Positions 20,335-29,678 are shown, numbered from the stretch's first letter. The stretch is 64,000 nt of DNA from Isoptericola halotolerans (GCF_013149785.1 NZ_JABEZU010000001.1:248001-312000), one strand, 5' to 3'. Numbers and translations are program-made. The notes: generated by a model not told the origin, from the letters alone.

Positions 20335-20997
20335 TCAGCCGCGCAGCGCGTCCGGGATCGGGGTCTCGCCGCTGCGGAACCGCACGAACTTCCCGACCGT
20401 CAGCGGCTCGCGCAACGTGTCGACGACCACCTGGGCGACGTCGGCGCGCGGCACCGCCGACTCCTCGCCGCGGGCCGGGCTCACGCCGTCGGCCACGCGC
20501 TCGATGCGACCGGTGGCGGCGTCCTCGGTGAGGCTGCCCGGGCCGAGGATCGTCCAGTCCAGGTCCGTGCCGCGCAGGTGGTCGTCGGCGGCGAGCTTGG
20601 CGTCCGCGTAGGCGAAGAAGCTCGAGTCCTCGGGGACCCCGTGGTCCGGCACGGAGCCGATCCAGGACACCATGACGTAGCGGGCGACCCCGGCGTCCGC
20701 AGCGGCGTCCATGGAGCGGACGGCGGCGTCGCGGTCGACGGCGTAGGTGCGGTCAGGGCTTCCACCACCGGCCCCGGCCGTCCACACCACGGCGTCCGTG
20801 CCGCCGAGGGCCGCGGCGATCTCCTCGGTGCTCGCGTTCTCGACGTCGAGCAGCAGCGCCTCGGCACCCAGGCCGCGCACCTCGTCGAGCTGCTCGGGCT
20901 TGCGGACCACGCCGATGACGTCGTTCCCGTCCTCGGCGAGCAGGGGGAGCAGACGGCGTGCGACCTTGCCGAGCGCGCCGATGACGACGACCTTCAT
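20335..20997 (-). CDS. NAD(P)-binding atypical SDR (NAD_binding_10)
   Basis: IGALGKVA, AGAGGG, YADAK, LDWTILGPG and PRADVA motifs. Confidence 0.85.
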   Translation of the reverse strand: MKVVVIGALGKVARRLLPLLAEDGNDVIGVVRKPEQLDEVRGLGAEALLLDVENASTEEIAAALGGTDAVVWTAGAGGGSPDRTYAVDRDAAVRSMDAAADAGVARYVMVSWIGSVPDHGVPEDSSFFAYADAKLAADDHLRGTDLDWTILGPGSLTEDAATGRIERVADGVSPARGEESAVPRADVAQVVVDTLREPLTVGKFVRFRSGETPIPDALRG

Positions 20998-21100
20998 GAG
21001 GACCTCCGTGGATGTTCGGGGGAGTGCGGGCGGGTGCTCCCACCGTGACGCACGAAGCGGTCGAGCGCCAGCGCCACGGCTCTCGGGCCCGCGGCGACCC

Positions 21101-22027
21101 TCACACCCGTCGGTCGCGGCGGGCCCGGGCCACCTCCGCGTGCACCGCCCAGGCGTCCGCGACCGGGCCCAGGTGGGCGAGCTTGTCGGGGTTCATCACC
21201 CCGCGGACGGTCTGGATGTGCCCGTCGAGGACGTCGAGCGCCATGACGGCGAGCAGCCGGTGGTCCGTGGTGCGGACCACCATGCCCGGTTGGTGGTTGA
21301 CCTCGTGCTGCTCGATCACCACGTCGCCCGCCGTCAGCAGGTCCCCGAACGCCGTGAACGCCCGGACCACCTTGGCCCGGCCGCTGACGGGGCGCGCGAA
21401 CGCCGGCGCCTTGCCGCCACCGTCCCCGATGACCTGGACGTCCGCGGCGAGGAGCTCGGTGAGCCCCTCGACGTCGCCCTCGCGGAAGGCCTCGACGAAC
21501 CGGGCGGCGAGCTCGGTGCGCTCGCGGCGGTCGGCGTCGAAGCGGGGCCGTCCCTCGGCCATGTGGCGACGGGCCCGGACCGCCAGCTGTCGGCACGCCG
21601 CCTCGGAGCGGTCCACGGCGGACGCGATCTCGGCGAAGTCGACCCCGAAGACCTCGCGGAGCACGAACACCGCCCGTTCCAGGGGGCTGAGCCGTTCCAG
21701 CAGGACCAACGCCGCCATCGAGACCGAGTCCGCGAGCTCGGCCGAGCGCTCCGGGTCCTCGTAGGGGTCGTCCAGCAGCGGCTCGGGGAACCACGTACCC
21801 GTGTACTCCTCGCGGCGCACGCGGGCGGACCGGAGCACGTCGATCGAGATGCGGGTGACCACTGCGGACAGGAACGACTTCACCGACGCGGGCTGCGCCG
21901 TCGTGCCCTCGTAGCGCAACCAGGTCTCCTGGACGGCGTCCTCGGCCTCGCTCACGCTGCCCAGGACCCGGTAGGCGATCGCGAACAGCAGCGGTCGCAG
22001 CGCCGTGAACTCCTCGGTGCGGGACAC
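21101..22027 (-). CDS. ECF sigma factor, SigJ/ECF41 type
   Basis: YRVLGSVSEAEDAVQE, WFPEP, DGGGK and NPDKL ECF41 motifs with SnoaL-like C-terminal extension. Confidence 0.9.
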   Translation of the reverse strand: MSRTEEFTALRPLLFAIAYRVLGSVSEAEDAVQETWLRYEGTTAQPASVKSFLSAVVTRISIDVLRSARVRREEYTGTWFPEPLLDDPYEDPERSAELADSVSMAALVLLERLSPLERAVFVLREVFGVDFAEIASAVDRSEAACRQLAVRARRHMAEGRPRFDADRRERTELAARFVEAFREGDVEGLTELLAADVQVIGDGGGKAPAFARPVSGRAKVVRAFTAFGDLLTAGDVVIEQHEVNHQPGMVVRTTDHRLLAVMALDVLDGHIQTVRGVMNPDKLAHLGPVADAWAVHAEVARARRDRRV

Positions 22028-22031
22028 GCCG

Positions 22032-23243
22032 TCAGCCTGCCACGCCGACGTCCGCGGTGCGGGACGTGTCGGCCCCGGGCCAGCGGATCGCGCCCGGCAC
22101 CCGGCGGGCGAAGCCGACCGCGGAGACCACGCCGCGCACCTGGAACCGCTTGAACGCGTTCACGCCGGGCCCGGTCCACGCCTTGTCGGTGGCGACGTCG
22201 TCGCGTGTGGTGAGCTGCAGGACCGCGGTGCGGCCGCCCACGCTGACGCAGCGCCCCTGGAACCCGAGGTCGAGCGGGGCCGGGGCGCCGTCGGTCACCC
22301 TGAGGACCTCGTCGCGCAGCACGTCGGCGGCGTGCGCCCCGGAGGGGAACGCGAACTGGCACGACATGCTGTACCGGCCGCCGTGCGGGGCCGTCGCGTG
22401 GCCGGCGTCGCCGACGGCCATCACCTGCGGGTGGGACACGGACCGCAGGGCGCCGTCGGTCACGGCGGCACCGGCGTCGTCGACGGCCAGCCCCGACTCC
22501 CGGGCCAGGGGAGGCGCCGCGAGGCCGCCGCACCACACCGTGAGGTCGGACGGCACCTCGGCGCCGTCGTCGAGCAGCAGCCGGTCGTGCTCGACCGCGC
22601 GGACCCGGGCCCTGTCGACGACCTCGACGCCGAGCCGGTCCAGGCCGGCACGCACATGGCGGGCGGCTCGGGGGCTGAACCACCCGGCTGCCTCACCGGA
22701 GGTGACCAGCCGGACGTGGACGTCGGGCCGGGCCTCGGCCAGCTCGCCGACGGTCTCCAGGCCGGTGAACCCGCCACCGACGACGGCGAGGGCAGAACCG
22801 GGCGCAGCCCGGGCGAACGCGGACCGCAGACGCTCCGCGGCGGCCAGGTCGGCGACGCCGTGGGTGTGCTCCCCACCCGGGACGGGGACCGGCTCGGTGG
22901 TGCTCCCCGTGGCGAGCACCACCCGGTCGAACCCGATCCGGCGCGTGCCGTCCGGTCCGGAGACGGTGGCGTGACCGGCGTCGGGGTCGAGGTCGGCGAC
23001 CCAGCCCTTGAGGAACGAGACCCGCGATCCCAGCAGGGTGCGGACGGACGGTGCGGGGACCTGCCGTCCGATCGCGACGTGGTGCAGGCGCAGCCGGTTG
23101 ACGAACGTCGGGCGCGGGTTGACGACCGTGACGCGCACCCGGCCGCGGGAGCGTCCCGCCAGCCGGACGGCGGCCAGGCCGCCGGCGAACCCTGCCCCGA
23201 CGATCAGGACGTGTGTGCTCGGTGTCTGGTGTGAGGTGCTCAT
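22032..23243 (-). CDS. FAD-dependent oxidoreductase (NDH-2/AIF-like)
   Basis: GAGFAG, LATGS, GGGFTGLE and AVGD motifs. Confidence 0.85.
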   Translation of the reverse strand: MSTSHQTPSTHVLIVGAGFAGGLAAVRLAGRSRGRVRVTVVNPRPTFVNRLRLHHVAIGRQVPAPSVRTLLGSRVSFLKGWVADLDPDAGHATVSGPDGTRRIGFDRVVLATGSTTEPVPVPGGEHTHGVADLAAAERLRSAFARAAPGSALAVVGGGFTGLETVGELAEARPDVHVRLVTSGEAAGWFSPRAARHVRAGLDRLGVEVVDRARVRAVEHDRLLLDDGAEVPSDLTVWCGGLAAPPLARESGLAVDDAGAAVTDGALRSVSHPQVMAVGDAGHATAPHGGRYSMSCQFAFPSGAHAADVLRDEVLRVTDGAPAPLDLGFQGRCVSVGGRTAVLQLTTRDDVATDKAWTGPGVNAFKRFQVRGVVSAVGFARRVPGAIRWPGADTSRTADVGVAG

Positions 23244-23251
23244 GCCCACGG

Positions 23252-23278
23252 GACGAGACAGCGCCCGTGGCTGTGACA
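23252..23278 (-). promoter_or_regulatory. ECF41-type promoter TGTCACA-N16-CGTC
   Basis: Minus strand reads TGTCACA gccacgggcgctgtct CGTC, 8 nt before the oxidoreductase ATG; matches the ECF41 consensus. Confidence 0.85.
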
Positions 23279-23297
23279 CCGGCCCGGCCGGTGCTGG

Positions 23298-23780
23298 TCA
23301 GCCGGCCTGGATCGCTGCCTGTGCGGCGTCCGCCGGGCTGTCGCCCTCGAGGTAGCGCGCGCCGGGCCCGAGCGCTGCGGCGTTGTCGGCGGGGTTCTGG
23401 AGCATGCAGCGCTCCAGGGACAGGCAGCCGCACCCGATGCAGGAGTCCAGCTGGTCGCGCAGCCGCTCGATCGCCGCGATGCGGGCGTCGAGGAGCGGCC
23501 GCCACGACCGGGACAACCGCGTCCAGTCCTCCGCGGTGGGGGTGCGGGCCTCGGGCAGGGTGGCGAGGGCCTCGGCGATCTGGTCGAGGGTGAGGCCGAC
23601 GCGGGAGGCCGTGCGGACGAAGGCGACCCGCCGCAGGGTGGTGCGGTCGTAGCGCCGCTGGTTGCCGGACGTGCGCTGCGAGCCGATCAGCCCGAGCGAC
23701 TCGTAGTACCGCAGCCCCGAGGGGGCCACCCCGCTGCGGCGGGAGAGCTCCCCGATGGTCAGGTAACGCTCGATCGGCAC
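23298..23780 (-). CDS. soxR: Redox-sensitive transcriptional activator SoxR
   Basis: MerR HTH, RTSGNQRRY and the [2Fe-2S] motif CIGCGCLSLERC. Confidence 0.93.
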   Translation of the reverse strand: MPIERYLTIGELSRRSGVAPSGLRYYESLGLIGSQRTSGNQRRYDRTTLRRVAFVRTASRVGLTLDQIAEALATLPEARTPTAEDWTRLSRSWRPLLDARIAAIERLRDQLDSCIGCGCLSLERCMLQNPADNAAALGPGARYLEGDSPADAAQAAIQAG

Positions 23781-23795
23781 GCGGTCCTCCAGGCC

Positions 23796-23826
23796 TTGAC
23801 TTCAAGTGAGGTTGAACTTACACGAT
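23796..23826 (+). promoter_or_regulatory. SoxR-type promoter with soxbox
   Basis: -35 TTGACT (23796), 19-bp spacer, -10 CACGAT (23821). Dyad CTTCAA-GTGAGG-TTGAAC (23800-23817) resembles CCTCAA-N6-TTGAGG. Confidence 0.8.
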
Positions 23827-23832
23827 CGAAGC

Positions 23833-24531
23833 ATGACCACCACCCGCACCGTCCCCGTGGCGGTCTCCGACCTCGTCGCCCGCGTCACGGGCGACGAGAA
23901 GCACGACCCGAGCGCGCACTCCACCCTCGACGTCGTCTGGGTGCTCTACGACCAGGTGCTGCGCGTGTTTCCCGACGACCCCGAGCACCCCGAACGTGAC
24001 CGGTTCCTGCTCTCCAAGGGGCATGGCCCCGCCTCCACCTACGCCGTCCTGGCGGCCAAGGGGTTCTTCCCCGCCGCGTGGCTCGACGACGTCGCCTCCT
24101 GGTACTCGCCGCTCGGCCACCACCCGGACCGCACTCTCGTGCCCGGCATCGAGATCGGCAGCGGGTCCCTCGGCCACGGCCTGCCGATCGCGGTCGGCAT
24201 GGCGCTCGGGCTGCGCGACCGGTCCCGGGCGCGCGTCGTCGTCCTCGTCGGCGACGCCGAGCTGGACGAGGGCAGCAACGCCGAGGCGATCGCCGTCGCC
24301 GGCCGGTTCGGCCTCGACAACCTCACCTGCGTCGTCGTCGACAACCACAGCGACAACCTCGGCTGGCCCGGCGGGATCGCCGCCCGCTTCGCGCTCGAGG
24401 GCTGGCAGGCGTCCGACGTCGGCACCCACGACCACGCGGCGCTCGCCGCCGCGCTCCGGGGCACCGCCCCCGACCGCCCCACCGCCGTCGTCGTCGACGT
24501 GCCCGGCACCGACCCGGAGGAGGGACGATGA
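23833..24531 (+). CDS. Split transketolase-like enzyme, ThDP-binding subunit
   Basis: DRFLLSKGH, GHHP, GSLGHGL and GDAELDEG...DN motifs. Confidence 0.85.
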   Translation: MTTTRTVPVAVSDLVARVTGDEKHDPSAHSTLDVVWVLYDQVLRVFPDDPEHPERDRFLLSKGHGPASTYAVLAAKGFFPAAWLDDVASWYSPLGHHPDRTLVPGIEIGSGSLGHGLPIAVGMALGLRDRSRARVVVLVGDAELDEGSNAEAIAVAGRFGLDNLTCVVVDNHSDNLGWPGGIAARFALEGWQASDVGTHDHAALAAALRGTAPDRPTAVVVDVPGTDPEEGR

Positions 24532-25439
24532 GCGCCGCCGACCTGCGTGCCCGGTTCTACGCCGAGCTGGACCCGGCGCTCGCCGCGCACCCCGACGCCG
24601 TGCTCGTGCTGGCCGTCATCGGGGCGGGGTACGTCAGCGAGACGATCACGCGACGCCCGGACCAGGTGGTCGACGTGGGAATCCGCGAGCAGGCCATGGT
24701 CGGGGTCGCGGGCGGGCTCGCGCTGGCCGGGCGGCGACCGATCGTGCACACCTTCGCCCCGTTCCTCGTGGAGCGGGCCTACGAGCAGGTGAAGCTGGAC
24801 CTCGGTCATCAGGACGTGGGCGCGCTGCTCGTCAGCGCCGGGGCGTCGTACGACATGAGCTCGGCCGGACGCACCCACCAGGCGCCCGCCGACGTCGCCC
24901 TGATGGCGGCGCTGCCCGGCTGGACCGTGCACGTGCCCGGCCACGGTGACGAGGTCGCCGAGCTGCTGCACCGCGAGGCCGGCGGGGCGGGGAGGGTCTA
25001 CGTGCGGCTCTCGGGACAGCGCAACGCCCGCCCGCAGCCGGTGGACGGCCGGGTCCACCTGGTCCGCGAGGGAGCCGCGAGCGCACCGCTGGTCCTCGCC
25101 GTCGGGCCGATGCTCGACGTCGTCCTCGCCGCCACCGGCGACCTGCCGGTCCGCGTGGCCCACACGGGCACACCGCACCCGCTCGACGCCGCGGGCCTGC
25201 GCGAGCTCGTCGGGCCGACGCCGCGGCTCGCCGTCGTCGAGCCGTACCTGGCCGGGACGAGCGCGGCCGCGGTGGCCGCGGCGCTCGCCGACCGACCGTC
25301 GCGGGTGCGGCACGTCGGGGTGCCGCGAGACGCCGAGCTGCGCCGCTACGGCACCCCCCGCGACCACGCGGCGGCCCACGGGCTCGACGCCGCGGGGGTG
25401 CGACAGCAGGTGACGGAGCTCCTGGAGCGGCCGACGTAG
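24528..25439 (+). CDS. Split transketolase-like enzyme, pyrimidine-binding/C-terminal subunit
   Basis: GIREQAM, FAPFLVERAYEQVKLD, GRTHQ and VYVRL motifs. ATGA overlap with the upstream subunit. Confidence 0.85.
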   Translation: MSAADLRARFYAELDPALAAHPDAVLVLAVIGAGYVSETITRRPDQVVDVGIREQAMVGVAGGLALAGRRPIVHTFAPFLVERAYEQVKLDLGHQDVGALLVSAGASYDMSSAGRTHQAPADVALMAALPGWTVHVPGHGDEVAELLHREAGGAGRVYVRLSGQRNARPQPVDGRVHLVREGAASAPLVLAVGPMLDVVLAATGDLPVRVAHTGTPHPLDAAGLRELVGPTPRLAVVEPYLAGTSAAAVAAALADRPSRVRHVGVPRDAELRRYGTPRDHAAAHGLDAAGVRQQVTELLERPT

Positions 25440-25566
25440 CGGACGGTCACGCATCGCCAGCTGATGCGTGAGTCTCCACGGCGTCGCACCGGGCCAGCGC
25501 ACCGACGACGGCCACCGTCCTGACGCGGCGATCGTCGCCCGACGCAGCGACGCCTAGGCTGCCGGT

Positions 25567-25932
25567 GTGACCGACGACGTGCGCAACATCCTCACCGCCC
25601 TGTCCGCCGTCCCCGAACCCTGGCAGCCCCACCGCCTGGCGAGCGTCAACGACTACGACGTCAAGGTGGTCAAGCTCGACGGCGAGTTCGTGTGGCACAG
25701 CCACCCCGACACCGACGAGCTGTTCCTCGTCCTCAGTGGCCGGCTCACCATCCAGCTCCGCGATCGCGACGTCCACCTCGGCCCGCACGACGTCTTCGTC
25801 GTCCCGAGGGGCGTGGAGCACTGCCCGCTGGCCGACGGCGAGGTCCAGGCGCTGCTCATCGAGCCGCAGGGCACCGTCAACACCGGCGACGCCGGCGGGG
25901 AGCGGACGTCCCCGCTCCAGGAGCTCGGCTGA
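25567..25932 (+). CDS. Cupin domain protein
   Basis: GEFVWHSHPDTDELF and VPRGVEHCP motifs. Confidence 0.85.
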   Translation: MTDDVRNILTALSAVPEPWQPHRLASVNDYDVKVVKLDGEFVWHSHPDTDELFLVLSGRLTIQLRDRDVHLGPHDVFVVPRGVEHCPLADGEVQALLIEPQGTVNTGDAGGERTSPLQELG

Positions 25933-25953
25933 CTCTGCTGCCGCAGCAGAGTC
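25931..25953. terminator. Stem-loop after the cupin gene
   Basis: GACTCTGCTG-CCG-CAGCAGAGTC, perfect 10-bp stem. Confidence 0.55.
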
Positions 25954-26148
25954 CTGGCGTCCTCGTCGAGCACGGCGAGGGTTCCGGGTGCAGCTGGCCG
26001 CGCCGCGACCGTCCGTGCGTTCTCGGAGGACGACTGGTCGAGCTCCGCGAGTGCGAGGACCGGCTGAGGGCCGTGCTCGCCTCCTCGGAGTCCGCGGTGA
26101 GGTCGGCCGGGGTCGAGGGTCGCCACGGGGTGTTCGGCGAAACCTGGA

Positions 26149-27600
26149 TCAAGGCCGCGGCTCTGGTCCGAGCTCGGCGCGGATCGTGCGCAGCGCGTCA
26201 CGCAGCGACGTGCCCGACGGCGGCGCGTAGCCGAGCACGATGCCGTTCAGCGTCAGGCCGGACCCGGGCACCACGTAGTCCTGCAGATCGGCGACGAGCA
26301 CACCGCGGGCGGCCAGTCGTGCGACCAGGTCGGCCGCCGGGGTGCGGTCCAGCTCCAGGACCGCGTGCAGCCCGCCGTCCAGCGCCCCGACCCGCACACC
26401 GGGCACCCCCTCGAACGTCTCGGCGACCGTCCGGCGCTTGGCCCGGTAGTCGCGGCGGCACCGGGCGACGTGGCGACGCAGCGCCCCCGTCGACATCAGG
26501 TGGGCCAGCGCGTGCTGGGTCACGCTCGCCACCGTGGCGCCGCGGCCCGAGCGGGCGGCGAGGACCGCGGCCGGGGTGCCGCCGTCCGGGGCGTCGTCAC
26601 GAACGGGGAGCACGAGGTACCCGCACCGCAGCCCGGGGTCGAGGACCTTGGAGAACGACCCGACGTGCACGACGACGCCGCGGTCGTCGAGCGCGGCCAG
26701 CGCCGGCAGCGGGGCGCCCCGGTGGCGGAACTCGGAGTCGTAGTCGTCCTCGACGACGAGCACGCACTCGGCCGCGGCCCAGGCGAGCAGCCGGTGGCGT
26801 GCGGCGACGGGCATCGCACCGCCCAGCGGGTACTGGTGGCTCGGGGTGACCAGCACGGCGTCGAGGCGCTCGCGGGCGTGCGCGGCCCGCAGGGCGCCGA
26901 GGTCCATGCCCTGGGCGACCACGGGGACGGGGACGACGGCGCCGCCTGCGGAGGCGATGGCCCGCCGTCCGGCGCGGAACCCGGGGTTCTCCACCGCCAC
27001 CCGGGGTGCGTGGTCCGGGGCGGTGAGGGACTCGGTGACCAGGGAGATCGCCTCCGCCGTGCCGCCGGTGACGACGACCCGGTCCGGGTCCGGCGTGAAT
27101 CCCCGGCTGAGGGTGAGCTGGTTCGCGACCTGGGTGCGCAGCGCGGGCTCGCCGGCCGGGTCGGGGTAGGTGGCCTCGACCGGTCGGGCGGCCGCGTGCC
27201 GCCACGCCGCACGCCAGTCCCGCTCGGAGACGGCGGCGGCGGAGGGGACGCCGGGCCGCAGGTCGACGACGGCGCGGGGCGGCGCCGTCGAGCCGGGTGC
27301 GGACGGCGCGGGGTGGGCCCGAGCGTCGGTGCCCGCGGACGGCAGGCCCTGGCGCGTCCCTCCGAGGGTGGCTGCGACGCGGGGCACGGCTCCGTGGCGC
27401 AGCACCACGTACCCCTCGCCGTCGAGCTGTTCGTAGGCGGCGGTGACGGTGCCGCGCGACAGGCCGAGCTCGGCGGCGAGCGCCCGGGTCGAGGGCAGGG
27501 TGTCGCCCTCGGCCAGGCGGCCGTCGTGGACCATGTCGCGCACGAGTTCGGCGACGCGAGCTGCCTTGGTCGGGGAGGTCGTGTTCGCCAAGTGGTCCAT
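26149..27600 (-). CDS. MocR/GabR-family regulator (GntR HTH + PLP aminotransferase-like domain)
   Basis: LPSTRALAAELGLSRGTV, TPSHQYPLG, EDDYDSEF and GSFSK motifs. Confidence 0.9.
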   Translation of the reverse strand: MDHLANTTSPTKAARVAELVRDMVHDGRLAEGDTLPSTRALAAELGLSRGTVTAAYEQLDGEGYVVLRHGAVPRVAATLGGTRQGLPSAGTDARAHPAPSAPGSTAPPRAVVDLRPGVPSAAAVSERDWRAAWRHAAARPVEATYPDPAGEPALRTQVANQLTLSRGFTPDPDRVVVTGGTAEAISLVTESLTAPDHAPRVAVENPGFRAGRRAIASAGGAVVPVPVVAQGMDLGALRAAHARERLDAVLVTPSHQYPLGGAMPVAARHRLLAWAAAECVLVVEDDYDSEFRHRGAPLPALAALDDRGVVVHVGSFSKVLDPGLRCGYLVLPVRDDAPDGGTPAAVLAARSGRGATVASVTQHALAHLMSTGALRRHVARCRRDYRAKRRTVAETFEGVPGVRVGALDGGLHAVLELDRTPAADLVARLAARGVLVADLQDYVVPGSGLTLNGIVLGYAPPSGTSLRDALRTIRAELGPEPRP

Positions 27601-27636
27601 CCGATCAGAAGAGAACTGGACTACAGGGTAGTCCAG
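27590..27636. promoter_or_regulatory. Probable MocR operator (two direct repeats plus an inverted repeat)
   Basis: AAGTGGTCCA (27590) and AACTGGACTA (27614) direct repeats; CTGGACTAC-agg-GTAGTCCAG inverted repeat (27616-27636). Confidence 0.65.
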
Positions 27637-27658
27637 CGACCTTCGTACGGTCGGTGGC

Positions 27659-28327
27659 ATGAGCACCTGCCCGAACCTGACCGTCCGCCGCAAGCCCGAC
27701 CGTCAGACCGACGACCCCGCCGTCCTCGACGGCATCCTCGCCGACGGCCACCTCGCGCACGTCGCGATGGTCCGCGACGGATGGCCTGTCGTGCTGCCCT
27801 ACCTGTACGGCGTCGGCGACCTCGGAGACGGGCTCGGGCGGAGGCTCTTGCTGCACGGCTCCACCGGCGGCGGCCTGTTCCTCGACGCCGGGAGCGACGG
27901 CGTGCCCGTGTCGGTGGCGATCTCGCACCTGGACGGCCTCGTCTACGCCCGCTCCCTGAACGACAGCTCCGCCAACTACCGGTCCGCGATGATCGTCGGC
28001 CGCGCCACCGTGGTGCCCCGCGAGCTGCGGGTCGAGGCGTTGTGGCAGGTGGGCGACCACCTCATGCCCGGTCGCCGCGCGGAGGTGCGTGAGATGACCC
28101 CCCGGGAGGTCGCTGCCACCCAGGTGCTCCAGGTGCCCCTCGACCGGGTCAGCGTCAAGACCCGCAGCGGCGGGGCGGGGGAGGCGTCGGACGACGGCGA
28201 GGACCACGGCGTGTGGGCGGGCGTGCTTCCGCTGGCCGTGGCGGCGGGCACGCCGGAACCCAGCGCGCTCTCGGCCGACGTGCCGCCGGCGCCCTCGGTC
28301 GCGGCGTTGGCGGCGCGACTGCGATGA
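27659..28327 (+). CDS. Pyridoxamine 5'-phosphate oxidase-like (split-barrel, NimA-like) flavin-binding protein
   Basis: LHGSTG, DGLVYARS..SSANYRSAM and VWAGVLP motifs. Confidence 0.85.
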   Translation: MSTCPNLTVRRKPDRQTDDPAVLDGILADGHLAHVAMVRDGWPVVLPYLYGVGDLGDGLGRRLLLHGSTGGGLFLDAGSDGVPVSVAISHLDGLVYARSLNDSSANYRSAMIVGRATVVPRELRVEALWQVGDHLMPGRRAEVREMTPREVAATQVLQVPLDRVSVKTRSGGAGEASDDGEDHGVWAGVLPLAVAAGTPEPSALSADVPPAPSVAALAARLR

Positions 28328-28406
28328 GGCTGCGTCGGACGAACCCAGGCCACCGGTCGACGATTGGCTGTTCGCGCGAGCGCCTGCGACCGGCGAAGAT
28401 GGGCGG

Positions 28407-29621
28407 GTGCGCACCATCCGGCAGTCCCAGAAGCTCCGCGGAGTCCGCTACGACGTCCGCGGCCCGATCCTCGTCGAGGCGCAGCGCCTCGAGGCAGAGG
28501 GTCACCGCATCCTCAAGCTGAACATCGGCAACACCGCGCCGTTCGGCTTCGACGCCCCCGAGGCGATCCAGACGGCTGTCACGCAGAGCCTCCCGGAGGC
28601 ACAGGGGTACAGCGACTCCCGGGGTATCTACGAGGCACGCACGGCGGTGGCGCAGTACTACCAGTCGCGCGGGCTGCGGGACACGATGGTGGACGACGTC
28701 TTCATCGGCAACGGCGTGTCGGAGCTCATCTCGATGGTGCTGCAGGCTTTCGTCGACGACGGCAACGAGATCCTCGTGCCGGCCCCCGACTACCCCCTGT
28801 GGACGGGCGCCGTCACCCTCACCGGCGGCACGCCCGTGCACTACGTCTGCGACGAGTCGAACGGCTGGATGCCGGACCTCGAGGACATCGAGTCGAAGAT
28901 CACCGAGAACACGCACGCGCTGGTGATCATCAACCCGAACAACCCCACCGGGGCCGTCTACAGCAAGGAGATGGTCGAGGCGCTCGTCGACATCGCGCGG
29001 CGCCACGACCTGGTCGTCCTCGCCGACGAGATCTACGAGAAGATCCTCTACGACGACGCCGTGCACCACCACGCCGCCACCGCCGCAGGCTCCGACGTGC
29101 TCTGCCTGACGTTCAGCGGGCTGTCCAAGGCGTACCGGGTCTGCGGGTACCGGGCCGGCTGGGTGATGATCTCCGGCCCGAAGGAGACCGCCACCGAGTT
29201 CCTCGAGGGCCTGACGCTGCTGGCCAACATGCGCATGTGCGCGAACGTGCCGGCTCAGCACGCCATCCAGACGGCGCTCGGCGGGTACCAGTCGATCGAC
29301 GAGCTCATCGTGCCGGGGGGCCGGTTCCACGAGCAGACGATGCTCGCGGACAAGCTGCTCAACGAGATCCCCGGGGTCTCGTCGGTGCGACCGCGCGGAG
29401 CGCTGTACTGCTTCCCCCGGCTCGACCCCGAGGTCTACCGGATCGACGACGACCAGCAGTTCGTCATCGACCTGCTGCGGTCCAAGAAGATCCTCGTCAC
29501 GCACGGCACCGGGTTCAACTGGACGGCACCCGACCACTTCCGGCTCGTCACCCTGCCCGACGTCGAGGTGCTCGAAGAGGCCATCGGCCGGATCGGGGAG
29601 TTCCTCGCCACGCGGCGGTAG
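28407..29621 (+). CDS. alaA: Class I aminotransferase, AlaA/AlaT type
   Basis: YDVRGP, ILKLNIGN, GNGVSELI, INPNNPTG, DEIY and GLSKAYRVCGYR motifs. Confidence 0.88.
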   Translation: MRTIRQSQKLRGVRYDVRGPILVEAQRLEAEGHRILKLNIGNTAPFGFDAPEAIQTAVTQSLPEAQGYSDSRGIYEARTAVAQYYQSRGLRDTMVDDVFIGNGVSELISMVLQAFVDDGNEILVPAPDYPLWTGAVTLTGGTPVHYVCDESNGWMPDLEDIESKITENTHALVIINPNNPTGAVYSKEMVEALVDIARRHDLVVLADEIYEKILYDDAVHHHAATAAGSDVLCLTFSGLSKAYRVCGYRAGWVMISGPKETATEFLEGLTLLANMRMCANVPAQHAIQTALGGYQSIDELIVPGGRFHEQTMLADKLLNEIPGVSSVRPRGALYCFPRLDPEVYRIDDDQQFVIDLLRSKKILVTHGTGFNWTAPDHFRLVTLPDVEVLEEAIGRIGEFLATRR

Positions 29622-29624
29622 TCG

Positions 29625-29646
29625 GGTCGCCCCGCGGCGGGCGACC
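29625..29646 (+). terminator. Stem-loop after alaA
   Basis: GGTCGCCC-cgcggc-GGGCGACC. Confidence 0.45.
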
Positions 29647-29678
29647 GGTGCCGGACGGCCGCGTGTCGGACGTCACCC

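Noticed and set aside
25954..26148. Possible gene remnant between the cupin and MocR genes
   Set aside because: Translations look vaguely helical, but no family, start or RBS is recognisable.
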